From Candidatus Nanopelagicales bacterium (GTDB lineage: Bacteria; Actinomycetota; Actinomycetes; S36-B12): a DNA stretch of 64,000 nucleotides. The notes under the pieces are model-generated. The model was not told where the DNA came from, searched no databases, and saw only the letters and a program-made list of their open reading frames with translations. The DNA is taken from positions 1,208 through 65,207 of the forward strand of contig JBIIOU010000001.1 of assembly GCA_044336815.1 (NCBI GenBank), written 5' to 3'. A program made the translations under genes and the position numbers. Positions 36,500 through 47,405 of the stretch are shown piece by piece (the first letter of the stretch is position 1; each line of letters opens with the position of its first letter).

Positions 36500-37009
36500 C
36501 TAGTTTGGGCCGCGCGCCTGATCGACTTCGGTCAAGTGAGCGAAGGCCGCAAGATTTGCCGTGGACTCACCGCGGGAGATTCGCCAGGCCCATTCACGTT
36601 TAATGGAAGCGGCAAATCCAAGTTCGAGGATGGTGTTGAATGCGCCGTCAGAATACTCAAGGACCGAGCCGAGCACTCGATCGAGTTCAGCAGAGGTAAT
36701 GGAATTTAGGGGTATCCGACCCGTTAGGTAGATGTCACCGAGGTGGTCGACGGCAAACGAGACGGCATACATACGCCTATTGCGTTCGAGTAGCCACCGA
36801 TAAACGCCTTCGTGATTATCTTCAGGGTTGCGTGAGACAAATGCATTTACGGTTACTGCATGGGAGCCAACCGTCAAGGACATATTGGTTTGTAGTTTGT
36901 GTTCCCCCGGCAAAGTGATCACAAATGTGTCTGGGCCAGATTGCTCATAGGTAAGTTCGCACGATTTGAGATATTGGCCAATGAAGGTGATGGGTTCGGT
37001 GTTTGTCAT
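36500..37009 (-). CDS. YbjN-domain protein (Rv0487-like)
   Basis: Size, and its position between mshA and gpmA. Sequence pattern of sensory-transduction-regulator/YbjN-like proteins. Confidence 0.6.
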   Translation of the reverse strand: MTNTEPITFIGQYLKSCELTYEQSGPDTFVITLPGEHKLQTNMSLTVGSHAVTVNAFVSRNPEDNHEGVYRWLLERNRRMYAVSFAVDHLGDIYLTGRIPLNSITSAELDRVLGSVLEYSDGAFNTILELGFAASIKREWAWRISRGESTANLAAFAHLTEVDQARGPN

Positions 37010-37025
37010 AGTTCGCCCATAGTTC

Positions 37026-38315
37026 TTATCCGGGAAGTGCGGTAAGTTGGGTTGAAGATTGCCTGTTGGCTAGCGCTGCACGATACGTAGCGATTAGTCC
37101 GGTGGTGGTTGCGCTCCACCCAAAGGTTGATGCGTGCATCCGGGCGCCGACCGAAAGTTCATGTAGGCGTTCTGGGTTGCTGATTAGGGCCCCAATTGCC
37201 TGTGAATATTCGACTGGATCGTGGCTGCTGATCAGCACGCCACTCACGCCGTCGGCAACGGCGGTGCGAAGCCCCCCGACACTTGATGCAACAACCGGAG
37301 TTGCGCAGGCTTGCGCCTCGACCGCTACGAGTCCGAAGGACTCGGAGTATGAGGGCACTACGGCAATATCAGCAGCGCGATACCAGTCGGCGAGGGTTTG
37401 CCGGTCACCTGGCGGCTCAAAGCGGATTAGGTCGGTGATACCTAACTCATTCGCGAGATCAGCTAGGGCGGTCGGCTGCTCAAGCCCGCTGCCTGATGGC
37501 CCGCCGCAAATCGTGATTACTAACCGATCGCGAAGCGCCGGGTCAGCGTGTACCAGATGGGCTACCGCTTTGATCAAAATGTCTGGGGCTTTAAGTGGTT
37601 GAATTCGGCCCACGAACAAGAGAACGACTTGATCTTGTCGCAATCCGAATCGGGAACGTGCGTGCATTTTGTCCCCCGGGGTAAATACATCTAGATCGAC
37701 ACCAGGGTGGACAACATCTACGCGATGCGGATCTGCTCCGTACAAAGTAATCAGCTGGTCTGCTTCATCAATCGTATTGGCAATAAGGCGATCGGCGGCG
37801 GCTATGACTTGTTCCTCGCCGATTATCCGCATTGTAGGTTCCGGAGTATCGCCATCGGCTAGTTCGGCGTTCTTTACTTTCGCCATCGTGTGCATTGAAT
37901 GTACGAGTGGCACATTCCACCTGTCTGCGGCTAGCCAGCCGACTTGCCCAGATAGCCAATAGTGCGAGTGAATTAAATCGAACCAACCTTCTGGGTGTGC
38001 TGCCTCAACACGCATCACACCAGCCGAAACGGCGCACAGCTGGGCTGGCAGATCTTGCTTGAGTAAACCCTCGTAGGGGCCGGCAGTAATGTGGCGGACT
38101 TTCACACCCGGCATAAAGTCGATGACAGGGGCTAGGTCGGAGGAGGTGGCACGGGTGAAAATTTCAACCTCGATACCGCTCTCTGCCAATCGGCGCGCGG
38201 TCTCAACCACGTAGACATTCATGCCACCTGCGTCGCCGGTGCCGGGTTGATCAAGTGGCGAAGTGTGGATGGAGAGCACTGCAATGCGTCGTGGTGTTTG
38301 CATGCGGCGTTGCAT
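37026..38315 (-). CDS. mshA: D-inositol-3-phosphate glycosyltransferase (mycothiol biosynthesis)
   Basis: [28 protein letters not shown]-terminus and GT4 C-terminal [12 protein letters not shown]. Confidence 0.92.
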   Translation of the reverse strand: MQRRMQTPRRIAVLSIHTSPLDQPGTGDAGGMNVYVVETARRLAESGIEVEIFTRATSSDLAPVIDFMPGVKVRHITAGPYEGLLKQDLPAQLCAVSAGVMRVEAAHPEGWFDLIHSHYWLSGQVGWLAADRWNVPLVHSMHTMAKVKNAELADGDTPEPTMRIIGEEQVIAAADRLIANTIDEADQLITLYGADPHRVDVVHPGVDLDVFTPGDKMHARSRFGLRQDQVVLLFVGRIQPLKAPDILIKAVAHLVHADPALRDRLVITICGGPSGSGLEQPTALADLANELGITDLIRFEPPGDRQTLADWYRAADIAVVPSYSESFGLVAVEAQACATPVVASSVGGLRTAVADGVSGVLISSHDPVEYSQAIGALISNPERLHELSVGARMHASTFGWSATTTGLIATYRAALANRQSSTQLTALPG

Positions 38316-38351
38316 TTGCAGTATCTCCCTTCGGCCAGGGGTGAGAAATGG

Positions 38352-39014
38352 TTATGAAGTGATATCTACAGCAACGTACGGTTCGCCGGTTACTACATTT
38401 ATCACGCGTCGCGTGACTGAGACTGCATGGTCGGCGTACCGCTCGTAATACCTAGAGAGCAGGGTGACATCTATCGCCGCTTCTACCCCGTGCGCCCAAG
38501 AGGGTGAGAGCACGATAGTAAAGAGTTCACGGTGGCGAAAATCCATTTCAGCATCGTGGAGCGCGATCTCACTCGCCAAGGAAACATCTTTTGTGGCGAT
38601 CACTGCGCCGGATTTAGAGACAATGGCCTCAGCTACACCACCCATTATCGCGAAGGTCGCGCGGAGGTCTTGGGGTACTGCTGCATTTGGGTATCGCATT
38701 CTTGCTTGCTTAGCTACGTGTTCGGCGAGATCTCCCATGCGCTCGAGTGAGGCTGCAATTCGCAGAGCACCGATAATCGAGCGCAACTCACTTCCCGTTG
38801 ACCGCTTATCTTCCAATAGTTCAAGGCATCGATCCTCTACGGCGCTGCACAGGGTGTCGATGTTGGCGTCGGCCTGGATTACCTTCTCAGCCAACGATAG
38901 ATCCGCGTCGAGCAGCGATTGAGTCGCTAAGTTCATGGCTGAACCAACCAGAGTCGTTATGGCCACGAGGTCGTTATTAACCAGCGTAAGAGGCCTTGGG
39001 CTGGCGGTTGGCAT
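38352..39014 (-). CDS. phoU: Phosphate-signalling accessory protein PhoU
   Basis: Two PhoU repeats (ERMGDLAEHV; ERYADHAVSV). Confidence 0.9.
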   Translation of the reverse strand: MPTASPRPLTLVNNDLVAITTLVGSAMNLATQSLLDADLSLAEKVIQADANIDTLCSAVEDRCLELLEDKRSTGSELRSIIGALRIAASLERMGDLAEHVAKQARMRYPNAAVPQDLRATFAIMGGVAEAIVSKSGAVIATKDVSLASEIALHDAEMDFRHRELFTIVLSPSWAHGVEAAIDVTLLSRYYERYADHAVSVTRRVINVVTGEPYVAVDITS

Positions 39015-39053
39015 CGCTATCCCTCCTAGGCCGAGGCGGCTCCCGGCGTGTCC

Positions 39054-39084
39054 GGAGACCCAGCGTAAGGGGTCTCTTTGATTT
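39054..39084 (+). other. Terminator-like hairpin in the phoU/senX3 divergent spacer
   Basis: GAGACCC (39055-39061) pairs with GGGTCTC (39070-39076) around an 8-nt loop, followed by TTTGATTT. The function is unclear because no + strand gene ends here. Confidence 0.4.
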
Positions 39085-39166
39085 GCGCCGCAATGGTGAA
39101 CTACAGGCGACGAAAAGGTTAAATATTCGCGTCCGAGGTTAATGCTGCACGAACTAACGACGACCG

Positions 39167-40360
39167 GTGGCCGCCTTATTCGTTTCTTGGACGATTTCGG
39201 CCTATCCTGCGAGGGTGGCAGGTCAACGTGTGGCTCCGGTTGCGGGTACCCCGCGCCTGGCGACGGCTGCCCATCGCGATGCGCTAACGGGCCTTCCCGA
39301 GGAAGTCGTGCGGGTACTTAGCGTGCTCCCATCCGCATCGATTGTTGTGGCCCCCGATGGCACGGTGCTTCGAGCTAGTTCCCGCAGCATGGCACTTGGC
39401 CTGGTGAGTCGAAATTTAGTCACAATCCCCGATATCTCGCATCTGATTGAGCGGGTGATGGAGGACAACACCCCGCGCGAGCAAGAAATGCGAGTGCGTC
39501 GGCCACCTCTTGGTCGTGAACTACTCGAGTTGCGAGTGCGGGTGGCGGCCCTGGGCACCGGCGCCCTGCTCGTTTTAATTGATGACTTGGCCGAGGAACG
39601 CAAAGTTGATGCGGTGCGCCGCGATTTCGTAGCCAATGTGAGTCATGAGTTGAAGACGCCCGTCGGGGCCCTTGCGCTCCTGGCCGAAGCGGTGCTCGCA
39701 GCAAGTGATGACGCCGTGCAGGTGCGGCATTTTGCTGAGCGGATGCAAATTGAGGCCGGGCGACTCGGGAATTTAATTCAGGACGTAATCGACCTCTCCC
39801 GATTGCAAGGAGATGATCCACTCACTCACGCCCAGGTAATCAACGTCGATGAGATTGTCAATCGTGCGATCGAAGAGGTCCGCACCATAGCTGCCAGTAG
39901 CGAAATCGAGTTCATCGAATCCATAAATAGCGATGGCGCCGTTTACGGCGACCTCAGCCAAATCCAGACAGCGGTTCGCAACCTGCTGGCTAATGCCATT
40001 GCGTATTCGCCCAGTTCAACGAAAGTCGCTGTTGATACGCGAGTGGTTGGAGGCCTAATCGAGATCATCGTCAAGGATCAAGGGATCGGGATCCCTTCAC
40101 ATGAGCTTGATCGCGTATTCGAGAGGTTCTACCGCGTCGACCCGGCTCGCTCGCGCGTAACCGGTGGCACTGGCCTTGGGTTGGCGATCGTGAAGCACGT
40201 CTGCCAAAACCATGGCGGCGAATGCACCGTGTGGTCCGAAGTTGGCGTCGGCTCGAGTTTCACCCTGCGACTGCCGGCGTATATTGTTCAACATTCTGGA
40301 TCGACGGATGATTTCGAATGGAATGCCGTGGCGATTCCCGAAGAAGAGGTGAGTTCGTGA
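39167..40360 (+). CDS. senX3: Phosphate-responsive sensor histidine kinase SenX3
   Basis: H-box VSHELKTPVGAL, plus N, G1 and G2 ATPase boxes (GTGLGLAIVKH). Paired with regX3. The start (GTG 39167) is uncertain. Confidence 0.85.
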   Translation: MAALFVSWTISAYPARVAGQRVAPVAGTPRLATAAHRDALTGLPEEVVRVLSVLPSASIVVAPDGTVLRASSRSMALGLVSRNLVTIPDISHLIERVMEDNTPREQEMRVRRPPLGRELLELRVRVAALGTGALLVLIDDLAEERKVDAVRRDFVANVSHELKTPVGALALLAEAVLAASDDAVQVRHFAERMQIEAGRLGNLIQDVIDLSRLQGDDPLTHAQVINVDEIVNRAIEEVRTIAASSEIEFIESINSDGAVYGDLSQIQTAVRNLLANAIAYSPSSTKVAVDTRVVGGLIEIIVKDQGIGIPSHELDRVFERFYRVDPARSRVTGGTGLGLAIVKHVCQNHGGECTVWSEVGVGSSFTLRLPAYIVQHSGSTDDFEWNAVAIPEEEVSS

Positions 40361-41037
40361 CTCGGATATTGGTCGTAGAAGATGAGGAGTCATTCTCGGA
40401 GGCGCTTTCGTTCATGCTGCGCCGCGAAGGCTACGAGGTAGCGGTTGCAGGTGATGGGCACAAGGCATTAGAAGAGTTTGATAAAAATGGTGCCGACCTG
40501 ATCCTGCTGGATCTCATGCTGCCGGGAGTTTCAGGCACCGAGGTGTGCCGACAAATACGTACCAAGTCACTGGTGCCGATTATTATGGTTACCGCAAAGG
40601 ATGGCGAAGTCGACAAAGTTGTTGGGCTCGAACTTGGCGCCGATGACTATGTGACCAAACCATTCTCTTCGCGTGAGCTACTTGCCCGGGTTCGCGCGGT
40701 TCTGCGCCGTCAAGGTGACTTTGAAGAAATGCTCCCGCTGGTGGTTGAGGCGGGGCCGGTGCGATTGGATATCGATCGTCACATTGTCAGTGTGCGCGGT
40801 GAGATGGTCGCAATGCCCCTTAAAGAGTTCGACCTCCTTGAAGTTCTGGTCCGCAACAGTGGACGAGTGATAACTCGGTCGCAGTTAATCGACAGGGTGT
40901 GGGGCCATGACTATGTCGGTGACACCAAAACCCTAGATGTGCACGTGAAGAGACTTCGGGCCAAGATTGAAGAAGATCCAGCCAACCCTGTGCACTTACT
41001 AACGGTTCGTGGCCTCGGCTACAAGATGGAGAACTAG
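40357..41037 (+). CDS. regX3: OmpR-family response regulator RegX3
   Basis: VTRILVVEDEESFSEAL, phospho-acceptor context LILLDLMLPG, and a winged helix LDVHVKRLRAKIE. GTGA overlap with the senX3 stop. Confidence 0.9.
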   Translation: MTRILVVEDEESFSEALSFMLRREGYEVAVAGDGHKALEEFDKNGADLILLDLMLPGVSGTEVCRQIRTKSLVPIIMVTAKDGEVDKVVGLELGADDYVTKPFSSRELLARVRAVLRRQGDFEEMLPLVVEAGPVRLDIDRHIVSVRGEMVAMPLKEFDLLEVLVRNSGRVITRSQLIDRVWGHDYVGDTKTLDVHVKRLRAKIEEDPANPVHLLTVRGLGYKMEN

Positions 41038-41570
41038 CTAGCCGGTGGCAAAGTCGCCGGGTTAGGTGCGACCCCTTGGTAAATTCCGGCCGGTGGCACG
41101 GTTAAAACGTTTATATCCACGATGCCTGCGTCGCGGAATTGTATTTTCACGGGCACATACGTGCTGACCGGTGCTGTGAAGTCGTACGAATTGATCCAAA
41201 CCGAACTGTTGAATCCAAATGAGATTGCTGCCCCGGCGGCAAGTTCGCCACCACCGGGTGTGACATAAACCGGCAGTTTATTGATCTCAAGGCCAATAAG
41301 TGAGTCAGCGGTGTCTCCTTGATTGACCAAGGTGGTCAGGAGGGTCGCGGTGCTAGAGCCATCGGGGCCAAGAACCAACGTGGCATTTTCGATACGAATC
41401 TGCCCAATCTGAGCCTGCGTGCCATCACCGGAGTTAGTGAGGCTCTGCTCATTGGTATTTGCCTTAAACCCGCTGTAGCACCCGCTTAAGGTGCTTGAGA
41501 GGGCGAATGCGATCGTCGCTAAGACCAAGGCAGGGCGGGTGGTGCGCGTCAGGCGCGAAGAAGGGGTCAC
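41034..41570 (-). CDS. Lipoprotein of unknown function (LpqE-like position next to carD)
   Basis: Signal plus lipobox LSGC. Its stop shares CTAG (41034-41037) with regX3. Confidence 0.65.
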   Translation of the reverse strand: MTPSSRLTRTTRPALVLATIAFALSSTLSGCYSGFKANTNEQSLTNSGDGTQAQIGQIRIENATLVLGPDGSSTATLLTTLVNQGDTADSLIGLEINKLPVYVTPGGGELAAGAAISFGFNSSVWINSYDFTAPVSTYVPVKIQFRDAGIVDINVLTVPPAGIYQGVAPNPATLPPAS

Positions 41571-41645
41571 AGGCAGGAGGGTAGCGGAGCAAATCGGCTG
41601 GTTGCGCGCGTGGTATTCTTAGCGCCTTCGAGAGGGGCTTTTTCA

Positions 41646-42128
41646 ATGGCGTTCAGCGTCGGTGACACCGTCGTCTATCCACATCACGGGGCGGCACTCA
41701 TTGAGGCTGTTGAGATCCGGACGATAAAAGGCGAGGACCGTGAGTACCTGGTTTTGCGGGTAGCTCAGGGCGATTTGACCGTTCGCGTTCCCTCCGACAA
41801 CGTTGATTTAGTCGGTGTAAGAGATGTCGTAAACGCCGAGGGCCTAGAGCGTGTATTTAACGTTCTGCGACAGCCGTATACCGAAGAGCCAACCAACTGG
41901 TCACGGCGTTATAAGGCAAATCTTGAAAAACTGGCCTCAGGCGATGTCATCAAGGTGGCCGAGGTGGTCCGCGATCTTTGGCGCCGTGAACGCGAGCGTG
42001 GTTTGTCCGCTGGCGAGAAGCGCATGCTGGCCAAAGCGCGGCAGATCCTGGTGAGTGAACTTGCCCTTGCTGAGAAGACTAATGAGGACAATGCCGAGGC
42101 GATCCTCGACGAGGTCCTCGCTTCTTAG
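41646..42128 (+). CDS. carD: RNA-polymerase-binding transcription factor CarD
   Basis: [23 protein letters not shown] ... the CarD_CdnL_TRCF domain plus a helical C-domain. Confidence 0.92.
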   Translation: MAFSVGDTVVYPHHGAALIEAVEIRTIKGEDREYLVLRVAQGDLTVRVPSDNVDLVGVRDVVNAEGLERVFNVLRQPYTEEPTNWSRRYKANLEKLASGDVIKVAEVVRDLWRRERERGLSAGEKRMLAKARQILVSELALAEKTNEDNAEAILDEVLAS

Positions 42129-42143
42129 CCGGTGGTGATTTAG

Positions 42144-42851
42144 GTGGGGCGCACCGCTGCGCTAGTGCCGGCTGCAGGTCGGGGTGAGCGACTTGGCCCA
42201 GGTACTCCAAAAGCCCTCCGGCAACTTGCGGGTGTGCCGATGTTTGTGCACGCCGTCACCGCGCTCACGGAGTCGCGCGCGGTCGATCTAGTGATTGTTG
42301 CCGTGCCGGCTGAAAGTGTTGACGAAGTTAGTGCATTGCTGGTGCAGAAGCAGTTCAACGCCGATGTCAGTGTCGTTGCGGGCGGCGACACTCGACCAGA
42401 GTCCGTTGCTCGGGCCTTGATTGGTCTTCCCGCAGACGTTGATGTGGTGCTAGTTCACGATGCAGCCCGCCCCCTGGTGCCGCCGGAGTTGGTAAGTGCT
42501 GTTGTTGCAGCGGTACGGCAAGGCCACCAAGCGGTGGTGCCAGGTGTGCCAATGGTCGATACCGTAAAAGAGGTGAACACTAAGTCGGATGTAATCGCGA
42601 CACCACCGCGGTCATCACTTCGCGCTATCCAAACACCACAGGGCTTCGCGCGCGAGGTTCTGCAGGCGGCGCATGCCGCTTTGGATATCGATGAGACTGT
42701 AATCACTGACGATGCTGGCATGGTCGAGCGCATGGGAGTAACTGTTCACGTTATTGCTGGGCACGAGGAAGCTTTCAAAGTCACGCGGCCGATAGATCTA
42801 ATTTTGGCCGAAGCGATCATTGCGAAAAGACGGGCTTCGGGTGCCATCTAG
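42144..42851 (+). CDS. ispD: 2-C-methyl-D-erythritol 4-phosphate cytidylyltransferase
   Basis: [13 protein letters not shown] motif. Adjacent to carD and ispF. Confidence 0.9.
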   Translation: MGRTAALVPAAGRGERLGPGTPKALRQLAGVPMFVHAVTALTESRAVDLVIVAVPAESVDEVSALLVQKQFNADVSVVAGGDTRPESVARALIGLPADVDVVLVHDAARPLVPPELVSAVVAAVRQGHQAVVPGVPMVDTVKEVNTKSDVIATPPRSSLRAIQTPQGFAREVLQAAHAALDIDETVITDDAGMVERMGVTVHVIAGHEEAFKVTRPIDLILAEAIIAKRRASGAI

Positions 42852-43341
42852 TCATCGAGACTTGTCGATCCCTCTGGTGGGCATCGGGGTTGACGTACAT
42901 GCATTCGATTCAAGCAGGCCGCTATGGCTTGCAGGTTTGTTTTGGCCTGATGCGGTTGGCCTAAGCGGGCATTCAGATGCCGATGTCGCAGCTCATGCAA
43001 TTTGTGATGCCCTTTTGGGTGCTGCCGGCCTAGGTGATCTGGGATCAGTATTCGGCACAGAGGATCCGAAGTACTCGGCCGCATCTGGGGTTACCTTGTT
43101 ATCGGAGGTCGCTGGGTTGGTGCGTAAATCAGGATTCGCTATCGGCAACGCCAGCGTGCAAATTATCGGCAACCAACCGCGCGTAAGTGTTAGGCGTCAA
43201 GAAGCCCAGGATGTGCTTTCGGCAGCGATCGGTGCCCCGGTGCATGTCTCCGGCACCACCACCGATGGCCTTGGGCTAACCGGCCGCGGTGAAGGGTTGG
43301 CGGCGATGGCCATTGCCAGTGTCGCATCATCTAATACCTAG
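42841..43341 (+). CDS. ispF: 2-C-methyl-D-erythritol 2,4-cyclodiphosphate synthase
   Basis: [10 protein letters not shown] and GHSDADV motifs. The start is ambiguous (GTG 42841, TTG 42862 or GTG 42877). Confidence 0.88.
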   Translation: MPSSHRDLSIPLVGIGVDVHAFDSSRPLWLAGLFWPDAVGLSGHSDADVAAHAICDALLGAAGLGDLGSVFGTEDPKYSAASGVTLLSEVAGLVRKSGFAIGNASVQIIGNQPRVSVRRQEAQDVLSAAIGAPVHVSGTTTDGLGLTGRGEGLAAMAIASVASSNT

Positions 43342-43357
43342 ATCTAGACTGCTAAAT

Positions 43358-43759
43358 ATGACAACTCAAATCCCTGATTCGGTAAAGCCGTGGTTTGACG
43401 CCCCTGAGTTCGCGACAATCGCCACGATGCTCCCTGATGGCCAGCCGCACCTTTCGGTGGTGTGGGTTGAGCGCGACGGCGATGAACTCCTGGTCTCAAC
43501 GGTTAAGGGTCGCAGAAAGCACCTAAATATCGAGAAGAACTCCAAGGTAACTTTGTTGGTCTACCCCAAAGAGGCCCCGTACTCATATGTCGAGGTTCGT
43601 GGCACTGCCACCATGACCGAAGAGGGCGGCCGTGAGCTGATCGACCGGGCCGCGAAGGCTTATATGGACCTTGATCGCTACCCAATGGACGACGGCACCG
43701 ATAACGTGCGGGTGGTCGTTCGTATTACTCCAAAAAAGATCGTCACGCTGCTGCGGTAG
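43358..43759 (+). CDS. PPOX-class (pyridoxamine 5'-phosphate oxidase-like) probable F420-dependent enzyme
   Basis: ATIATMLPDGQPHLSVVWVERDGDELLVSTVKGRRKHLNIEKNSKVTL is typical of the split-barrel family. ATG 43358. Confidence 0.75.
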   Translation: MTTQIPDSVKPWFDAPEFATIATMLPDGQPHLSVVWVERDGDELLVSTVKGRRKHLNIEKNSKVTLLVYPKEAPYSYVEVRGTATMTEEGGRELIDRAAKAYMDLDRYPMDDGTDNVRVVVRITPKKIVTLLR

Positions 43760-43762
43760 CCT

Positions 43763-45178
43763 TTGCCCGTGCCCTCTTCCCTCTCTTTTTATGACACTGC
43801 CACGCGTTCGGTGCGTGAGTTCGTGCCTATCGCCCCTGGCAAGGTCGGTGTTTATCTATGCGGCGCCACCGTTCAGGCGCCGCCCCATGTTGGCCACATC
43901 CGCAGCGGGGTCGCATTTGACGTGTTGCGTCGGTGGCTAACGGCCCGAGGATTTGACGTCACGTTCATTCGTAATGTCACCGACATTGACGACAAGATCA
44001 TCCATAACGCTGGCCATGATGATGTGCCGTATTGGGTGGTAGCGATGCGCAACGAACGCGCATTCAATCGCGCATACGACACGCTTGGGTGCTTGCCGCC
44101 AACATATGAGCCCCGAGCCACCGGCCACATCCCCGAAATGATTCAAATGATGCAGCGGCTGATCGAAGTGGGTCATGGGTATGCGATGAACGGCGACGTT
44201 TATTTTGATGTGCGCGCATTTGAAGGTTACGGCAAATTAAGTGGGCAACGCATCGACGATATGTTGGCGTCTCCTGATTCAGAGGCGCAGATCAAACGTG
44301 ATGCCCGCGATTTTGCTATGTGGAAATCGGCCAAGCCAGGGGAGCCGTACTGGGATACCCCATGGGGCCCCGGCCGCCCTGGTTGGCATATTGAGTGTTC
44401 AGCAATGGCAGAGAAGTACCTAGGCTCGCATTTTGACATCCACGGTGGCGGCCTAGACCTTATTTTCCCGCATCACGAAAATGAGATCGCGCAGTCGAAG
44501 GCTGCAGGTGATCAATTCGCAAATTACTGGCTGCACAATGCCTGGGTTACGACCGCCGGCGAGAAGATGAGCAAGTCACTTGGTAACTCATTGCTGGTCG
44601 ACGAAGTTGTGAAGAGAGTTCGCCCGATCGAATTGCGCTACTACTTGGTGGGCGCTCATTACCGATCAATGCTTGAGTACTCCGACGATTCTGTTAACGA
44701 TGCTGGGCAGGGTTTTCGCCGCATTGAAGGCTTCCTGCAACGTAGCCACGAGTTCCTTGGCGGCGATCCGATACTCCTTTTGCCAAATCCAGAGGCGCGG
44801 CCAGCGGCATTTGGGGCAGCGATGGACGACGACTTATCGGTGCCGCAGGCATTTGCTGTCTTGCACGAGACGGTGCGAAATGGAAACGCAGCCCTAACAG
44901 AGAAGAACGCGGGTTTGGTTGGTGATGCTTTCTATGCGACTATTGCCATGCTCGAAGTGCTCGGGCTCAACCCTTGGTCTGAGCCGTGGGTGGGAGCGGG
45001 CCATACCGATACTGAATCGGTAATCGATGCGCTGGTGCAGGTGGCTCTGCAGCAAAGGCAAGAAGCTCGGGCGCGCAAGGATTTTGCGGCGTCTGATGCC
45101 ATCCGCGATGGGCTTGATGCCATCGGTATTCGCATCGAGGACACCCCCCAAGGTGCCCGCTGGACTTTGGAGCAGTAG
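43763..45178 (+). CDS. cysS: Cysteine--tRNA ligase
   Basis: HIGH-type motif PHVGHIRS and KMSKS present. TTG 43763 (or GTG 43769) start. Confidence 0.93.
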   Translation: MPVPSSLSFYDTATRSVREFVPIAPGKVGVYLCGATVQAPPHVGHIRSGVAFDVLRRWLTARGFDVTFIRNVTDIDDKIIHNAGHDDVPYWVVAMRNERAFNRAYDTLGCLPPTYEPRATGHIPEMIQMMQRLIEVGHGYAMNGDVYFDVRAFEGYGKLSGQRIDDMLASPDSEAQIKRDARDFAMWKSAKPGEPYWDTPWGPGRPGWHIECSAMAEKYLGSHFDIHGGGLDLIFPHHENEIAQSKAAGDQFANYWLHNAWVTTAGEKMSKSLGNSLLVDEVVKRVRPIELRYYLVGAHYRSMLEYSDDSVNDAGQGFRRIEGFLQRSHEFLGGDPILLLPNPEARPAAFGAAMDDDLSVPQAFAVLHETVRNGNAALTEKNAGLVGDAFYATIAMLEVLGLNPWSEPWVGAGHTDTESVIDALVQVALQQRQEARARKDFAASDAIRDGLDAIGIRIEDTPQGARWTLEQ

Positions 45179-45180
45179 TC

Positions 45181-46131
45181 ATGGCCGGTAATTCACAACG
45201 TCGTGGCGCGATGCGAAATGACGGCAGTAAAAAGGGTGCCACGGTTGGCTCGGGTGGGCAGCGCCGAAAGCAATTAAAGGGCAAAGGCCCAACGCCAAAG
45301 GCTGTTGAACGTCCACATCATCCAGCCGGGCGTAAGGAGCGCGCCTCGGTTCGGATTCAAGATACGGCTAAAAAGACTGCGCGCCCATCTAGTGGCCGGA
45401 CGCGAGACACAGCTGACCTTCTTATCGGCCGCAACTCAGTTGTTGAAGCCTTGCGTGCGAAAGTGCCGGCGAAGGCACTTTATGTTCAGATAAAGATGGA
45501 TGCCGATGATCGCCTGCGTGAGGCTTTGCGCTTAGCGGTTGCGCAAAACGTACCGATGTTTGAGATTTCTAGAACCGATCTCGACGTGATGACCCACGAC
45601 GCGGTGCATCAAGGTTTGGTTCTCACGATGCCGCCATATGACTATGCCGACCTTGCATCGGTTAGTGGTGGCACGCTCCTTGTTGCACTTGATGGTGTTA
45701 CTGACCCGCGCAACCTTGGCGCAGTGGCGCGCTCGGCGGCAGCTTTTGGGGCCGATGGCATCGTTATCCCCACGAGGCGTGCGGCCGGTATTAGCGCAGG
45801 AGCCTGGAAGACATCAGCCGGTGCGTTGGCGCGAGTACCGGTTGCTCAGGTACCGAACCTGACTCGTGCTCTGCAGGCATTGCAGAAGAAAGGCTTCACG
45901 GTTATCGGGTTAGCCGCTGATGGGGCTACCTCTCTAGCTGGGTTACCCGCCGATACCCTGACCGATCGAGTTGTCATCGTGATTGGGGCTGAAGGCGAAG
46001 GCCTTTCGCGCTTAGTAGGGGAGACCTGTGATTGGCTAGCACGAATCGACATGAGTAGTGACACGGAATCACTTAATGCGTCGGTGGCAGCTGGTATTGC
46101 ACTACACGCGGTCTACGCAGCTAGGGTTTAG
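45181..46131 (+). CDS. rlmB: 23S rRNA (guanosine-2'-O)-methyltransferase, TrmH/SpoU family
   Basis: Basic N-terminal tail, a SpoU substrate-binding domain, and SPOUT motifs (DPRNLGAVARSA; IGAEGEGLS; ESLNASVAAGIAL). Confidence 0.88.
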   Translation: MAGNSQRRGAMRNDGSKKGATVGSGGQRRKQLKGKGPTPKAVERPHHPAGRKERASVRIQDTAKKTARPSSGRTRDTADLLIGRNSVVEALRAKVPAKALYVQIKMDADDRLREALRLAVAQNVPMFEISRTDLDVMTHDAVHQGLVLTMPPYDYADLASVSGGTLLVALDGVTDPRNLGAVARSAAAFGADGIVIPTRRAAGISAGAWKTSAGALARVPVAQVPNLTRALQALQKKGFTVIGLAADGATSLAGLPADTLTDRVVIVIGAEGEGLSRLVGETCDWLARIDMSSDTESLNASVAAGIALHAVYAARV

Positions 46132-46169
46132 CACTTCACGCGGTCTAGGCCGCTTTAGGTCAGCACTTC

Positions 46170-47357
46170 TCACTTGTCGACAATAACTTCGTCTGGTAGT
46201 GGGTTTTTAACTTTCTTGCCGAGCGCGTTAGCTATGAGCGGGAACACCAGTACTGAAAGGGCTCCCGCGCCAACCAACCCGGCGGCATTCTTGGGCAGCA
46301 TTGCGCCTGATTCAACTTCTAGAGTCGTAATCGCAACGATCATCGGCAGTCCGGTAGCAACCAATAGCGCAAATCGGCCGCGCTGAAAAACATCCGGGAT
46401 CATTTTTCGGTAGATAAAGAACTGGGGTAGTCCGCGAACCAGTAGCAGCAGAACAAAGAACACCAAGAGGGTAATCGGATTTTGGATGATCGAGATGATG
46501 TCAAGATTGGCCCCGGATACGATGAAGAAAATCGGAATGAAGAATCCGAATGCGATGCCATCAATTCGATTGTGAAGTTTTGACTCCTCACTCGGAGGCG
46601 CGACACGGCGTACGATGATGCCGGCGATGAACGCACCCAGAACTGCATCAAGGCCAAAGTCTGATGCCATGGTTAACAGGAACACGAGAAGCAGCATGGT
46701 GATGCGCACTGCGGTTTGTGAGCTAGTGCTATATCCACGATGTAACACCGCCTGAAGTCTCGGGCTCGTCAACCGACTTGGTAATGCGCCAATAAGAAGT
46801 GCAAGGATTGCAAAACCTGCTAACGAGATAAGCGCGACAAATGAAGACTGCGCCCCGAACAAAAACGCGATGGCGATAATCGGGGCGAACTCCCCCCAGG
46901 CTCCGGCGCCCATGAAGAGGAGTCCAAAGCGAGTTTTTGATTCACCGGCATCTCGTAAGAGTGGCAGTAGCGTACCTAAAGCGGTTGTAGTCAGGGCAAT
47001 AGCAATACCCAAATAGTCTTGGATAAAGCCCAGGGCATAAAGGCCCCCGGTCACTAGACCCGCAAGCAGAATTGATGTACCCCACCCAATTGCGGCCAAC
47101 CGCCCATTCTTGCCCGAGACGGCACGGCGTTCGAGTTCATTGCCAGCGACGAAGAAGAGCAGACCTAGGCCCATCTCAGAGAGCAAATTGATCGCTGAAT
47201 CCACTTTAATCAAGCCGAGGGCCTGGGGGCCAAAAATGATGCCACCGGCTAGGAGTAGCACCACCTCGGCTACCCGAATACGCGTGAGTCCAACTATTAG
47301 CGGTACCACGGCGGAGATCGCAACGATAACAAGGAGTGAGGACAAATCCGATTGCAT
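46170..47357 (-). CDS. Cation:proton antiporter (CPA1/CPA2 Na+/H+ exchanger family)
   Basis: About 12 hydrophobic helices. ATG 47357 is preferred, because the ORF-track start 47399 would lie 6 nt from the divergent gene. Confidence 0.8.
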   Translation of the reverse strand: MQSDLSSLLVIVAISAVVPLIVGLTRIRVAEVVLLLAGGIIFGPQALGLIKVDSAINLLSEMGLGLLFFVAGNELERRAVSGKNGRLAAIGWGTSILLAGLVTGGLYALGFIQDYLGIAIALTTTALGTLLPLLRDAGESKTRFGLLFMGAGAWGEFAPIIAIAFLFGAQSSFVALISLAGFAILALLIGALPSRLTSPRLQAVLHRGYSTSSQTAVRITMLLLVFLLTMASDFGLDAVLGAFIAGIIVRRVAPPSEESKLHNRIDGIAFGFFIPIFFIVSGANLDIISIIQNPITLLVFFVLLLLVRGLPQFFIYRKMIPDVFQRGRFALLVATGLPMIVAITTLEVESGAMLPKNAAGLVGAGALSVLVFPLIANALGKKVKNPLPDEVIVDK

Positions 47358-47405
47358 AGTGGGGGAATCTACGGCACGGCCTCGTACCCGTGAGACCATT
47401 GCGGA

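Noticed and set aside
40357-40360. MIRU-type intercistronic repeats, which occur between senX3 and regX3 in M. tuberculosis.
   Set aside because: Here the two genes overlap by GTGA, so there is no intercistronic space and no repeat.
46139-46156. Weak hairpins after rlmB (GCGG-tctagg-CCGC-TTT), after the thioredoxin gene (TGCAAA-aga-TTTGCA, about 28813-28827) and after DUF2516 (GGCTT-ttta-AAGCC, about 35653-35666) as terminators.
   Set aside because: The stems are only 4-6 bp, AT-rich or lacking a U-tract, which is indistinguishable from chance. Only the 54676-54725 structure is called a terminator.
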